A stretch of DNA of 64,000 nt from assembly GCA_964016885.1 (NCBI GenBank), contig OZ024759.1, positions 36,394,001 to 36,458,000 on the forward strand, given 5' to 3'. Shown in pieces: positions 1-13,026 of this stretch (positions are counted from its first letter, which is position 1; every line of letters begins with the position of its first letter). A model generated the notes under the pieces. The model was not told where the DNA came from and did not search any database. It saw only the letters and a program-made list of their open reading frames with translations. Position numbers and translations under genes: made by a program. The DNA is from Eledone cirrhosa. Taxonomy: Eukaryota.

Positions 1-2666
1 TTTTTTATGAAAGGATTTTTTCCTCGAAATATAAGTTGACATCCCTACATTATATTTCATGTTTTATTTTTAACATTTACCATTCAATTCACATTGTGGT
101 AGACTTTAAACAAAACACTAAAAGAAAACATTGTATATTAGTTGTTTTATAAGGGGTGAGAGACAGACAGACCACGAGTGGCTGTTAGAAATGAAGCTGG
201 CGGAGGGGAGAACAACAAATTGGTATATTTTTAAAAACATAAAATAAAATAAAGGTGTTGGAATTTGTTTGAAGTATTGATTAGAGTGAAGAAAATAGTG
301 TTTTGTTTGAAGGATTTCAAATTAAAAAAAAAAAGAAAATGGCAGCTTAACCCTTTAGCATTTAACCTGGCTGTATCATCATCAACCGACCAGAATTCTC
401 TCACCTCTTTCTGTTCAAATCAACCATAAATGGCTGCTCATACTGATGTTAAGTTATTGTCCTCAAAATAAATTATATCAAAATCTCTTAGATTCAATAT
501 TATGTGAAATAAAGTGTTTACTGTGAAAATATAATAGTATATATAGAGTAATGTAAATACTAAAGGGTTGAGAGACACAAAAAATATAAAGAAATATAAG
601 GACCTATAAGGATCTGCAAGGTAAACACCTCACAACATAATATTTTATGTTATATTTTAAACAAAACACTATTTTATATAAAATATGTTAGTATGGTTGT
701 TGACATTAGGGATGAGATTTAGGATTTTTTAAATATTTTTCTGTTGTTTTAATCACACACATTCACAAACATGCTTACTTTCCATGAAGTTGGACACCCC
801 TCAGAGGGATTTTGCTCACCCACCATATTCAGACAGCAAAAACTATTTGTGTGTATAATTATATATATAAATACAAACACACACATATATTGAGTGCTCT
901 CCTCAAGCATTTTCACCTTACTCTTCATATATATATGACCCTCCCCAAGTATAATAATACATATATATCATCGTTTAACGTCCATCTTCCATGCTAGCAT
1001 GGGTTAGGCGGTTTTGTTCCATTTGATGCGAGAATGGTCGGGAGACTATGTCTCGCTCACACGGAAGCATCTCTGGCAGGTTTTTTTTACAGCTGGATGC
1101 CCTTCCTAACACCTATACATTAAAACATAAGTGAGTGTGTGTGTATGTATATATATGTGTATATACACATACGCATACATACTTAAAAATTGGCAGCTTT
1201 TTTTGTATTATAGAATCAACCAGAGGACTGTACCTGTAATTCAAAAGGCCAGCCTTGTCACGCGTTCTTTGTTACATTGAATGTCCCCAAGAATTTTGTT
1301 ACGGGTACAACAGTTTATGGAATACTCAACCACTTAATAATATAAGATAGACTGTACCTGTAATTCAAGGGTCAGCCTTGTCATACACTGTGCCATGCTG
1401 AATCTCCCTGAGAATTACTTAAGGGTACACGTGTCTTTGAACACACCTCATACTATCAAAACATAAATAAGGCTACATAGTTCTTACATTTCCCCCTCCA
1501 TACACAAAATCTTAAGGGTGCAGTAAAATTCCTTTCCTCCTCGTAACATGTTTTACAAATGTTGACCTGGTGTTCCTGAAGAATTAGGGGCAACTTTCGG
1601 ATGAGAAATACAGGGGGAGGGGGTCAGTATCAACCTGTTGACAACCTACCCAACTCTTGCTAGCAAGGAGAGCAAACTTTAAATAATGATGATGATGATA
1701 ATAATGCGACAATGGCCAGATATTAGCTCAAGATAATAATTGTTTCTATTTTGGGGACAAGGCCAGCAATTATCCCAGTATATTACTGGTACTTTATTTT
1801 ATCGACCCCATAAGGGTGAAAGGCAAATTAGCTCAAGATCCAACTATAATCATTGACATTCAAGGACATGGAGTGCCTATACCAAACGGTGTAGGCTTGC
1901 GGCCTACGACCACCTGAGAGATCACAGCTCTGATACTATGGACATGTGGTTAGAATGTCTCAGGAAAGAATCACTGGACAGATTTTACAGGCAAAACTAA
2001 CCGACAGGAGAGCCAGGGTAGACCCCGAGCAAGATGGTTGGATAACATCCATGAACTTGGCTGGTCTCGCTTGGGGCATCCAGCCAGATCAGTTGGAGAC
2101 GGTTGCTTCTGACAGGACCTTCTGGAAGGTGTGTTTGAGGACTCTGCCCCCACAACCCTCTCAGGAGCAAGTGGGTGAAGAAGAATAAAACCCCATCACA
2201 TATCCATACATACAGAAACATACACAATCATATATATACATTCATACACAGTTTATTCTTATGGGTTTACACTGCAATTAGGATCAATTGAAAAGAAAAT
2301 TTATATTGCAATGATAATTTCAATTTTCTTAATACTTTTTCAAGAGGAAGGGCAAAATGTTAATCTTCATTTGATTAGTGTAAATACAATTTTAGTCTAA
2401 ATACAATTTCAGTCAAAATAAATTAATTTTCATTTTAAAATGAATTTGTTCAAAGAACTGCACTGAAGTTCATTAACATGTATTTTTATTTATACACTTT
2501 TAAATTCATACACACACACACATATATATATATAGTTTCTTTCCAATGATATTTCAACATGGAATGGGATGTGTATGGGAGATAGGTACTCTGATGAAGG
2601 ACTAACACCCAAAACATTAAGACTCTTTCTTTTCCTACTATATCAAACATTAAACTAATATATATA

Positions 2667-2701
<35 letters not shown>

Positions 2702-3944
2702 GATCATCATCATTGTATTGTATTGTTCTCCTAGTTGGTTTTTCTCACATATAATATCTGGGTCATCTTTTCCTTACCAAAATGGGTCACCCTTTCCACA
2801 TTCTGTGTGATATTGTTGCTGCTGCTGCTGTTGTTGTTGTTGTTGCCCTATATATATAGTAGAGCAGTAAACCTCCCACACAGAATGGAGAACAAGCAGC
2901 TATACCAGGAAGATAATGGTGGTGGTGATGATGATGTGGTGGCATTCAGCCTTTTCAGAAGATGCTTTAAATCTTATGAATGAAGCAGCCATTTCAACAT
3001 GAAATTTGGCAGACAGAAACTGTGTGGAAGACCATTGTGTGTGTGTGTGTTTACTGTTATTTATAACCTCTAACTCAGCAGCCCAACAGAGAGATCGACA
3101 AACTATATGTAGGGGGGGGGGGGGTCTATCTAACCCCTACTATTACATCTAATAAGCCAACTGTGAAATAGTGGGTCTATCTAACCCCTATTATTAACTT
3201 TGCCTTTCATCCGTACGAGGTCGATAAAATAACGTACCAGTAATGTACTGGGTAATTGCTGGCCTTGTGCCGAAAGTAGAAACAATTATTACCATTAATC
3301 ACTCAACTGTGAAATAAAGGGTCTACCCCTACCATTACAGGAGCTGCGACATGTAGATAGTAACAGTAATGGAAACATTGTTTCCTTGGTCTCATCTGAC
3401 CAGTTCCACTCCATTCGCTATGTGAATGACGTCTGGAAACTTATCAATCATTTCCATACATTACAACTAATTGATTTGCGTTTTGATTCAAGATCGTTAA
3501 GGTTAATAATTAGCAGAAGGAACGCGAAAAAAACCCTAAGGTTCTGTTAGTTTATGAGTTTCCCTAGGTTCTCAGATGCTGGGGTAGAGAATGAGGAGGG
3601 AGGGTTAATAGTGTTAACAAGACAAAGTTAGTGAAGGTAGGGCTTTTAGTAACACAGCAAAAGTAAGTGTAGATGAATGTTGTGTGTGTGTCGTGTTGTG
3701 TGTGTGTGTTGTGCGTGTATTAGGGAGAGAGAGAAAGAGGTAGGCAAACAAGAGAAAGAAAGGAACAAAAGAAAGCAAGAGCAGAACAACAAAAATAACG
3801 AACCCCAAATTTCCTCATTTACATAAAAGGTACATCATAATATATATTATATTCCCTCATTTACATAAAAGGTACATCATAATATATATTATATTCCCTC
3901 ATCGTTCATCATTATTTAGCATTCGTTTTCTGCATTAACAAGGG

Positions 3945-5382
3945 TTGGACATGTCATTACAGACTGGTCAGTACTGAAGTAGTGCCATTGATAGTAAGGA
4001 CTGGACATGACGCTACAGACTGGTCAGTACTGAAGTAGTGCCATTGATAGTAAGGACTGGACATGTCATTACAGACTGGTCAGTACTGAAGTAGTGCCAT
4101 TGATAGTAAGGACTGGACATGTCATTACAGACTGGTCAGTACTGAAGTAGTGCCATTGATAGTAAGGACTGGACATGTCATTACAGACTGGTCAGTACTG
4201 AAGTAGTGCCATTGATAGTAAGGACTGGACATGACGCTACAGACTGGTCAGTACTGAAGTAGTGCCATTGATAGTAAGGACTGGACATGTCATTACAGAC
4301 TGGTCAGTACTGAAGTAGTGCCATTGATAGTAAGGACTGGACATGTCATTACAGACTGGTCAGTACTGAAGTAGTGCCATTGATAGTAAGGACTGGACAT
4401 GTCATTACAGACTGGTCAGTACTGAAGTAGTGCCATTGATAGTAAGGACTGGACATGACGCTACAGACTGGTCAGTACTGAAGTAGTGCCATTGATAGTA
4501 AGGACTGGACATGTCATTACAGACTGGTCAGTACTGAAGTAGTGCCATTGATAGTAAGGACTGGACATGTCATTACAGACTGGTCAGTACTGAAGTAGTG
4601 CCATTGATAGTAAGGACTGGACATGTCATTACAGACTGGTCAGTACTGAAGTAGTGCCATTGATAGTAAGGACTGGACATGACGCTACAGACTGATCAGT
4701 ACTGAAGTAGTGCCATTGATAGTAAGGACTGGACATGTCATTACAGACTGGTCAGTACTGAAGTAGTGCCATTGATAGTAAGGACTGGACATGTCATTAC
4801 AGACTGGTCAGTACTGAAGTAGTGCCATTGATAGTAAGGACTGGACATGTCATTACAGACTGATCAGTACTGAAGTAGTGCCATTGATAGTAAGGACTGG
4901 ACATGACTCTACAGACTGATCAGTACTGAAGTAGTGCCATTGATAGTAAGGACTGGACATGTCATTACAGACTGGTCAGTACTGAAGTAGTGCCATTGAT
5001 AGTAAGGACTGGACATGTCATTACAGACTGGTCAGTACTGAAGTAGTGCCATTGATAGTAAGGACTGGACATGTCATTACAGACTGGTCAGTACTGAAGT
5101 AGTGCCATTGATAGTAAGGACTGGACATGTCATTACAGACTGGTCAGTACTGAAGTAGTGCCATTGATAGTAAGGACTGGACATGTCATTACAGACTGGT
5201 CAGTACTGAAGTAGTGCCATTGATAGTAAGGACTGGACATGTCATTACAGACTGGTCAGTACTGAAGTAGTGCCATTGATAGTAAGGACTGGACATGACG
5301 CTACAGACTGGTCAGTACTGAAGTAGTGCCATTGATAGTAAGGACTGGACATGACGCTACAGACTGATCAGTACTGAAGTAG
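3945..5382. repeat. 56-bp minisatellite, ~25.7 copies
   Basis: Unit GGACATGTCATTACAGACTGGTCAGTACTGAAGTAGTGCCATTGATAGTAAGGACT; near-identical copies with no spacers. Confidence 0.97.
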
Positions 5383-6215
5383 ATAGAGCCTCTGGCCTCC
5401 AGGTAGGCCAGAGGCCCGATATACAATCCCCTGTTCTACTGAGTGTATTTTATCATGGCACCAACAATAGGGAAGTTGTTATATCCTTGACACAACTGAA
5501 GGTCCTCGGAACCCTTTATTTAGCAGGTTTCCTATTGCTGGATTCCCTTCCTATCACCAATTACTTTACAGAGCATACTGGGTATGTTTATTGTGTAAAT
5601 CACCAACACTAGGGAGTTTGTCATGTCTCTGACACAGATGGTGGGTCCTCTTGATATTTTAGCATTGATTTTACGACAGGATATTCCTATCACCAACCAC
5701 CTTTCAGGGTATACTGGGTGTATTCTTACAGCACCTGTAGTACTAGTGAGGTTGTCAATCATTGACTGAACTGAAGAGCCCCCTCTAACCCTACTGACAG
5801 CGGTATGCCAGGGGGTGTGGACCAAGGGTGGAGAGATTTGAAATGGTAAAGGGTGGTGAGACCTCCAGCAGTGTGGAAAGGTACCGGAATTATAGCTACA
5901 ATGACTATGACTTGTGTGTTAGGGTTACGGAGGGAAGGGTCAATTTAGAGTACGGTGGGATGTGGGATGGTGAGCCTCAATAGAGTGAGGGTGTTGGGAT
6001 TTAGGGTAGTGCCTATGTGTTTGGGGGGGGGGGGGGGGGTAAACCTGTAAACCTGTAAACCTGGCCAAAGCGAAGGCCTTCGAATGTACAGTGATGCTGA
6101 AAATAGCCACTACATGTGCGACGACCTAGCCATAGACAAGCTTGATGGGGGTCACCTGACCAGTTTAGTCTCAGAGCATGACAACCAGTCTAACCCAGAC
6201 ATGGAAAATAAACAT

Positions 6216-6428
6216 TAACCCTTTAGCATTTAAACCAGCCATATCCAGCCAGAATTTTCTCACCTCTTTCTGTTCAAACTGGCTGTAACTGGACACTCAT
6301 ACTTATGTTAAGGTAATGTTCTCAAAATAAATAATCTCAAAATCTCAGATTCAATATTATGTGAAATAAAGCCTTTCCCATTAAAATACAACAGTAAATG
6401 TAGACTAATGCAAGAGCTAAAGGGTTAA
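6216..6428. mobile_element. piggyBac-type MITE (~215 bp)
   Basis: TTAA|CCCTTTAGC...GCTAAAGGG|TTAA termini. Copies at 348-570, 8843-9221 (with a nested ~150-bp insert), 21725-21870, 27370-27589 and 34830-35045. Confidence 0.8.
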
Positions 6429-7271
6429 ACAATGATGATGATGATGATGATGCTAATATATATATTTTTCTTCTTATACTTTTTCTTTGTTAATTTTTCT
6501 TTTGTTTTTCACAAATGAAAAAAATAAAATAATACAAAAAAAATTAACATTCCATCCACAAATATTCCATTTTTTTTTTTTAAATGTTTCTCTCTCCCTC
6601 TTCCTCCCTGAGTTACAAATATTGTTATAAGGAGAGTTATTGCTAAGACGTGCTTTTGAAAAGACAATAGCTTTGAGTTAAACTTCAAAGTAAACATTCA
6701 CCATCAACAAGGTATTAATTTCACTCTATAAACAGTACACATGTCCTTTATTGAACACGTTTACTATGTTTATTACACAGCCCATAAAAACAGCATTTTA
6801 TTTATATATATATGCACATATACATCTATATACATACACACACACATATATATATACATACATCATCATCCTCATTTTACGTCCGTTTCTCCCTGCTTGC
6901 AAGATACATATATATATATATATATATGCACATATATATATATTGATTTTTTTTTCTCTCTTAAAAAATATATTATACACACTGTTTACATGTATTGAGT
7001 GCTCATTCAGTTAATGTTTGTATTAAGCACAATGTTATTTTAAACACCCGCTCCAGTACATATATGTGTATATATACACCAGGATAGAACTAGCTTAAAA
7101 CTAGCTAGACCATTACTCAACAGAGTGCAAAATACTCAGTGTAGTAGAGTATGGTTATACTATAAAGAGTTGGTACCCAACGGCTGAGCTCTTGGCCTTT
7201 CAACATCTAATTCCAGACTGTTTGCCGAAGGGCCTCACATTTGAACGGCTATATCATCATTGAAATGACAA

Positions 7272-7498
7272 GAGGCCCAGGCAACTGTAAGGCCTAGGTA
7301 ACCGTGAGGCCCAGGCAACTGTGAGGTCCAGGCAAGTGTGAGGTCAAGGCAACTGCGAGGCCCAGGCAACCGTGAGGCCTAGGCAACTGTGAGGCCCAGG
7401 CAACTGCGAGGCCCAGGCAACTGCGAGGCCCAGGCAACTGCAAAGCCCAGGCAACCGTGAGGCCTAGGCAACTGTGAGGCCCAGGCAACCATGAGGCC
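7272..7498. repeat. 17-bp tandem repeat, ~13 copies
   Basis: Unit GAGGCCCAGGCAACTGT. Confidence 0.9.
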
Positions 7499-7570
7499 TT
7501 TTGGCAAACAGTCTGGAGCTAGCTGTTGAAACAGCCAGAGCTCAGTCATCAGGTCCCAACTCTTTATAAA

Positions 7571-7603
<33 letters not shown>

Positions 7604-7780
7604 TATATACATATATATATATAAATATATATATACACACATGTACAGTAAGCTTCAGCAAAACTTTGAAGTAAACAGTCATCATTAAAAACAATATATT
7701 AATTTCATTCTATACACAGTATGCAAGTCCTTCGTTCAGAGAATGTTTAGTGTGTGCATTACACAAACCCATAAACACAA

Positions 7781-7822
<42 letters not shown>

Positions 7823-7824
7823 GA

Positions 7825-7867
<43 letters not shown>

Positions 7868-8035
7868 ATGTTTTGAAAAGCTTGTAGCTTTGGCAAAACT
7901 TTTAAATAAAGAGTCAGCGTTAATAACAGATATATATCAACTCTATATGAGTCCATCATTCGGTGTATATTTAGTGTTTCTTAACACAGACCTATAACAA
8001 GAAAACCAAGTCATTTGTTGTAAGTAGTGTTGGCT

Positions 8036-8265
8036 TTACCGATCATGGCAATAACAAAGTTGATGGTTACATTGAGAGTGAGTCATATAGGGCTTATTTA
8101 CTCTACCTTTGGAATTACGAGGGTACTCGCATTCCTCACATTTCTCCAGGGCAGGGTGGTTGAGAAAGGTACATGCGGCACAATTCCAGTGTTCTCCTTC
8201 GTACTCGCTGATCGGCTGTACTGGAGGAGTATCGGAGTGGCGCGGCGGTAGAGGAGGTGGAGTCA
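8036..8265 (-). CDS. TAB2: TAB2/3 last coding exon (NZF/RanBP2-type zinc finger)
   Basis: ttttgcag|(L)TPPPLPPR...WNCAACTFLNHPALEKCEECEYPR matches the TAB2/3 NZF. Stop at 8036-8038. Total CDS 1578 nt = 525 aa. An alternative donor at about 8106 cannot be excluded. Confidence 0.9.
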
Positions 8266-9317
8266 CTGCAAAAGATTGGCGGATGGAAAAGAAAAACAAA
8301 AATGTGAAAAACAAAAACAAAATATGGCCCCCAAATTATAACTGGCAAATTATAACTACCCGATGCTAGCGTGGAAGATAGACGTTAAACGATGATGATG
8401 ATGATGAATATTTCGGTGGGGAGGAAGGGCTCTAACATTAGACATAATACTCAAGAAACGTTCTGAGATATAAACTATGGAAGGCCAGCTAAACCTGCAT
8501 ATGTGTGAACTGTAACCATACCATGTATACACACACACACACACATGCATACATACACACACACATATATATATATAGATGATAGGACTGGGGGTCCTTG
8601 TTAAAACATTCAAGAAACCTCCTGTGAGATGTAAGATCAACTTAACTGGCGAAGGTGTGAGCTGTAACAATGTGTGTACACATACGCGCACACGTACACT
8701 CAATAGGTGAGGTACTCCTATTAAAACACTTCTGTGAGATGTAACAACACAGGAGGCTAGCTAAATCTATATAAGTGTGAGGTGTAACAATAACATACGT
8801 ATACATATACACACACACTCAATAGGGCTGGTACTCCTATTGTTAACCCTTTACCATTTACATTACTCTATATATACTATTATATTTTCACGGTAAAGGC
8901 TTTATCTCACATAATATTGAATCTATGAGATTTTGATATTATTTATTTTGAGAACAATACCTTAACATCAATATGAGCAGCCGGTTACAGCTGGTTTGAA
9001 CAGAAAGAGGTGAGAGAATTCTGACCCGGGGGTGTCCAACCAGTACTCTGTTCCAGGGCCCAAGAGCTAAGAAGTCCTCACAGCAACCATGCAACATCCA
9101 TTTTGAGAAAAATATTTGCCTACTTTAGGCTCCAAGGGAGCTTTGAAAACCGCCTTGCAAAATTTCTCTTGGAGGCCCAAATTCTGGCCGGATACAGCCG
9201 GTTTAAATGCTAAAGGGTTAAAACACTTCTATGAGATGTAATAACACAGGAGGCCAGCTACCTCTACATAGGTGTGAGCCATAACAACAACAACAACAAC
9301 AAATATATACTACTTAC

Positions 9318-9407
9318 ATTCTCCAGCAAATAAAGATCCACTTTGCCCAGTATTCATGTTCTTATAGAAATTCTGTTGCTCTAAAGGATCAAGTACACCA
9401 ATAGGTA
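9318..9407 (-). CDS. TAB2: TAB2/3 coding exon 5
   Basis: tttaacag|(I)PIGVLDPLEQQNFYKNMNTGQSGSLFAGE T|gtaag. 90 nt, phase 1 to 1; the NFY.N motif resembles TAB2 HNFYDNI. Confidence 0.85.
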
Positions 9408-10310
9408 CTGTTAAAGCAAACAGAAAATAAGTTACTTTGGTGAGTAGTAGTGCACCTGAGCACTGTACACAATAATTTTCATTCTTATTATTATTATTAT
9501 ATATCGGGAGTATTTCAAAAGTTATATAATACACACAAACACATACACACACACACATATGCTGGCATAGGTTGGACAGGATTTTTGAAAATGTTTTAAA
9601 GTTGGATGGACTTCCTGATAGCAACCCTTTATATTGCTTCTTGCAACACAGGGATAAGGTGTACCTCCTCTAAACATGATACATATTTATACATTCTAAT
9701 GACTTCTCATAAGCCTATATATATATCGGAAAATGTTTAACCCCGACAGCAGAGCTCAAGCCGTTTCGACGGCTATTTCTGGACTATTTCAGTCCAGAAA
9801 TAACCGTCGAAACAGCTTGAGCTCTGCCGTTGGGGTTAAACATTTTCCTTTTACCTACTCTACTACCCTAAGTATTGAGTACTCTGGTGCGTTATGGTCC
9901 ATCTGGTTCCTTACCACACCTCCTTCGTTATATATATATATACCACACACACATATACATATATATATATACAAACATATACATATATACACCCAAACAC
10001 ATATGTACACATATACAAATGTATGCATGAACACACACATACACACAGATGCATACATGTACATACAAATGCATGCATATATACATATACATTCACATGC
10101 ATGCATATATGCATATACATATACACACATATGCATGGACACAACAGACACATACAGTCATATGCACACACACATATATATACCCGCATACTAATATATT
10201 TAATGCACACAAACACATACATGAACATACATATATATACACACACACACACATACTAGTATAATTACAATATATATTTTTTTAAAGAATCATCAATGCA
10301 TTTGACCTAC

Positions 10311-10386
10311 TTTGTCCATTGTTATGCGCGTCAAGTTCCTTCAACATACAGGCTATATCAGTCTGAAGCTTGTAGATGTCAGCAGG
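10311..10386 (-). CDS. TAB2: TAB2/3 coding exon 4 (coiled coil)
   Basis: ctag|PADIYKLQTDIACMLKELDAHNNGQ A|gtagg; resembles TAB2 LQIDIDCLTKEIDL. 76 nt, phase 0 to 1. Not present in the ORF track. Confidence 0.88.
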
Positions 10387-10434
10387 CTAGTAATAACAAA
10401 TGTTGTAGAAAATTAGCAATACTAATAATACAAC

Positions 10435-10762
10435 CAAGCATAGAAGAGTTGAGAGAGAAACTGGGTGTAAGAGGGATAAGTTGTGGTGTGCAGGAGAGGA
10501 GACTGAGATGGTATGGACATATGATGTGCATGGAGGATGACCGATGGGTAAAGAGGTGCCAAGAAATCCCAGTAGAAGGAAGACGCAGTAGAGGAAGACC
10601 ACGAAAAACATGGGCGGAGGTGGTGAGAACAGACCTCAGATCGCTGAAACTCACGAAGGAGATGACAAAGGAGCGTGACAAGTGGAGAGGTGTTGTGCTG
10701 AATAGGACCCATCTCACCCTTGTAAGCAGGGAAAAGTGGATGTAAAATGATGATGATGATGA
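10435..10762 (+). mobile_element. RTE LINE 3' end with (GAT)n tail
   Basis: ERRLRWYGHMMCM...GRPRKTW followed by (GAT)n. Related pieces at 23340-23640 and 30150-30380 (-). Confidence 0.85.
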
Positions 10763-11464
10763 CTATCATCATCATCATCGTTTAACGTCCATCTTCCACG
10801 CTAGCATGGGTTAGACGGTTTTGTTCCATTTGATGCAGGAATGGTCAGGAGACCGTGTCTTGCTCGTATGGAAGCGTCTCTGGCAGGTTTTTTTTACAGC
10901 TGGATGCTCTTCCTAACACCAACCACATTTACAGTGCAGACTGGGAGCCTTTTCACCGTGTCTCCTACACGGCCACCTTACAGTGTGGACTGTTGTGTCA
11001 TAGACACAGTGGACGAAGAGGTATCAAATCTTGTGTTCTGGAGAGGAGATTGCGTTTGTATGGACATGTGTATGAAGGACGACAGCTGTATAAAAATGTG
11101 CAGGGCAATGAAAATTATGACTTTGTTAGTTTCAGAAGATCCCGTTAAGGGTGAAAGCAGCGATTCTTTGCTTAATCTTTAATCTGTTATTTTAATATAT
11201 ATATATATATATATTTTACATGCACACAGACATATACATTCTACACACACAAATTGTTATCTTTTGGATTCAGTGTGACAACACACCTGAAACTGTCAGT
11301 GTAGATGTTAATTAACAATATATAGCCTAATTAATTATGTTGCTCATCAAGAAAGATTAAACATCAACAGCCTATTGATTTCAACTTTGCTTTCTACCAT
11401 TTTATACACACGATTTATGGATCTGACTGTTTAACTAAAGCTTACTGCTGGTGATATGATAGAA

Positions 11465-11890
11465 CACACCCAGTACACTCTGTAAAGTGATAGTGTTGGT
11501 GTCATGGTAAAGTACACCCAGTACACTCTGTAAAGTGATAGCGTTGGTGCCATGATAAAGTACACCCAGTACACTCTGTAAAGTAGCATTGTTGATGTCA
11601 TGATAAAGTACACCCAGTACACTCTGTAAAGTGATAGTGTTGGTGCTATGAAAAAACAGACTAAGTACATCCTATAAAGTATCAGTGCTGGTGCCATAAC
11701 AAAATGCACCCAGTACACTCTGTAAAGTAATAGTTCTGGTGTCATGATAAAATCTACTCAGTCTACCCTGTAAAATGGTAATGCACCCAGATGACTCTAA
11801 AGTGGTGGTGCTGGTGCCATGATAATATACACCCAGTACACTCTGTAGTGTTAGTGCTGGTGCCATGATTTAGTGCTCCAAGTACACTCC
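11465..11890. repeat. Degenerate 48-bp tandem repeat
   Basis: CACCCAGTACACTCTGTAAAGTGATAGTGTTGGTG... units; related to the SINE body and to 16810-16975 in the opposite orientation. Confidence 0.8.
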
Positions 11891-12521
11891 CTAAGGTTTT
11901 CGATGTTAGGAAGGACATCCAGTAGTAGAAACCATCCAGACTTTGGAACAAATAAGCAAGATTCACTCATACAGAACTGATTTGGGCTTGGTTTCTACAT
12001 CTGGATGCCCTGCCTACTGCCAACCACATTTACAGTGTGTACTGGATGCTTTTTTTGTGTATGTATATATATATATATATCATCATCATCATCATCATCA
12101 ACGTTTAACGTCCGTGTTCCACGCTTGCATGGGTTTGGACGGGGGTAGTCCCACTTGAGGCAAGAGTGATTGTCTTGCTCGCATAGGACTGTCTGGCAGG
12201 TTTTCTACAGTTGGATGCCCTTCCTAACACCAACCACATTTACAGTGTGGGTCTGGGAGGTTTTTACCGTGTTGCCTACACGGCCACATTACAGCGTGGA
12301 CTGTGTGTTTTTTTGTCGTGACACCTACACGATCTCATTTGTTTCGGCCCGGATGGCGCGGCACCAACATAACTTTACATAGGACGGGGTGGTGTGGATG
12401 GGGTGGGGGTGGTGGTGGTGGGACGGGGTGTATTTTGTTAGAGATGCCTACTGGCAAGGCGGGTCTTCTCTGTTACTGAGTACCGCCAAAGGTCTCGGTC
12501 CAGTGACATTGTCTTGGAGAG

Positions 12522-12559
<38 letters not shown>

Positions 12560-12955
12560 TCATTCATCATCATTTCATTTTACGTCTGCTTTTCCCTGCT
12601 TGCAAGGGTAGGACGGGAACTGATTCTGGCTTGATTTCTACAGCTGGATGCCCTTCGTAACACCAACCTCATTTACAGTGAGTGGTGGGTGCTTTTTTTG
12701 CTGTGGCACCTCCACGACCACTTTACAGTGGAATGATAGGGACCCCAGTCCCTATCATCTCATTTCTACAGCTGAGTTAACTGGAGCAATGTGAAATAAA
12801 GGGTCTTGCTCAAGGAAACAACACATCACCCGGTCTGAGAATTGAACTCACAACCTTTCGATTGCAAGGCCAATGCTCTAACAACTAAGCCATGTGCCTC
12901 CATATATATATATATATAATATATAAGATCAAAAGATGGTTAAAAGAGTTCCATG

Positions 12956-13026
12956 TATTTTATTATGTGCATTTCAAAAACAAATATCATCATGCGATGA
13001 CATTTGCGTTTTCGTCAGATAAAATA
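12956..13026 (-). ncRNA. Type I hammerhead ribozyme (inverted pLTR copy; sense to TAB2 pre-mRNA)
   Basis: Reverse complement of 15858-15928 with an intact CTGACGA/GAAA core; stem III reads TGCACA. Confidence 0.82.

Noticed and set aside
3945-5382. Possible CRISPR array or tandem ribozyme satellite
   Set aside because: No unique spacers and a eukaryotic context; CTGAAGT is not followed by a GAAA core. It is a plain minisatellite.
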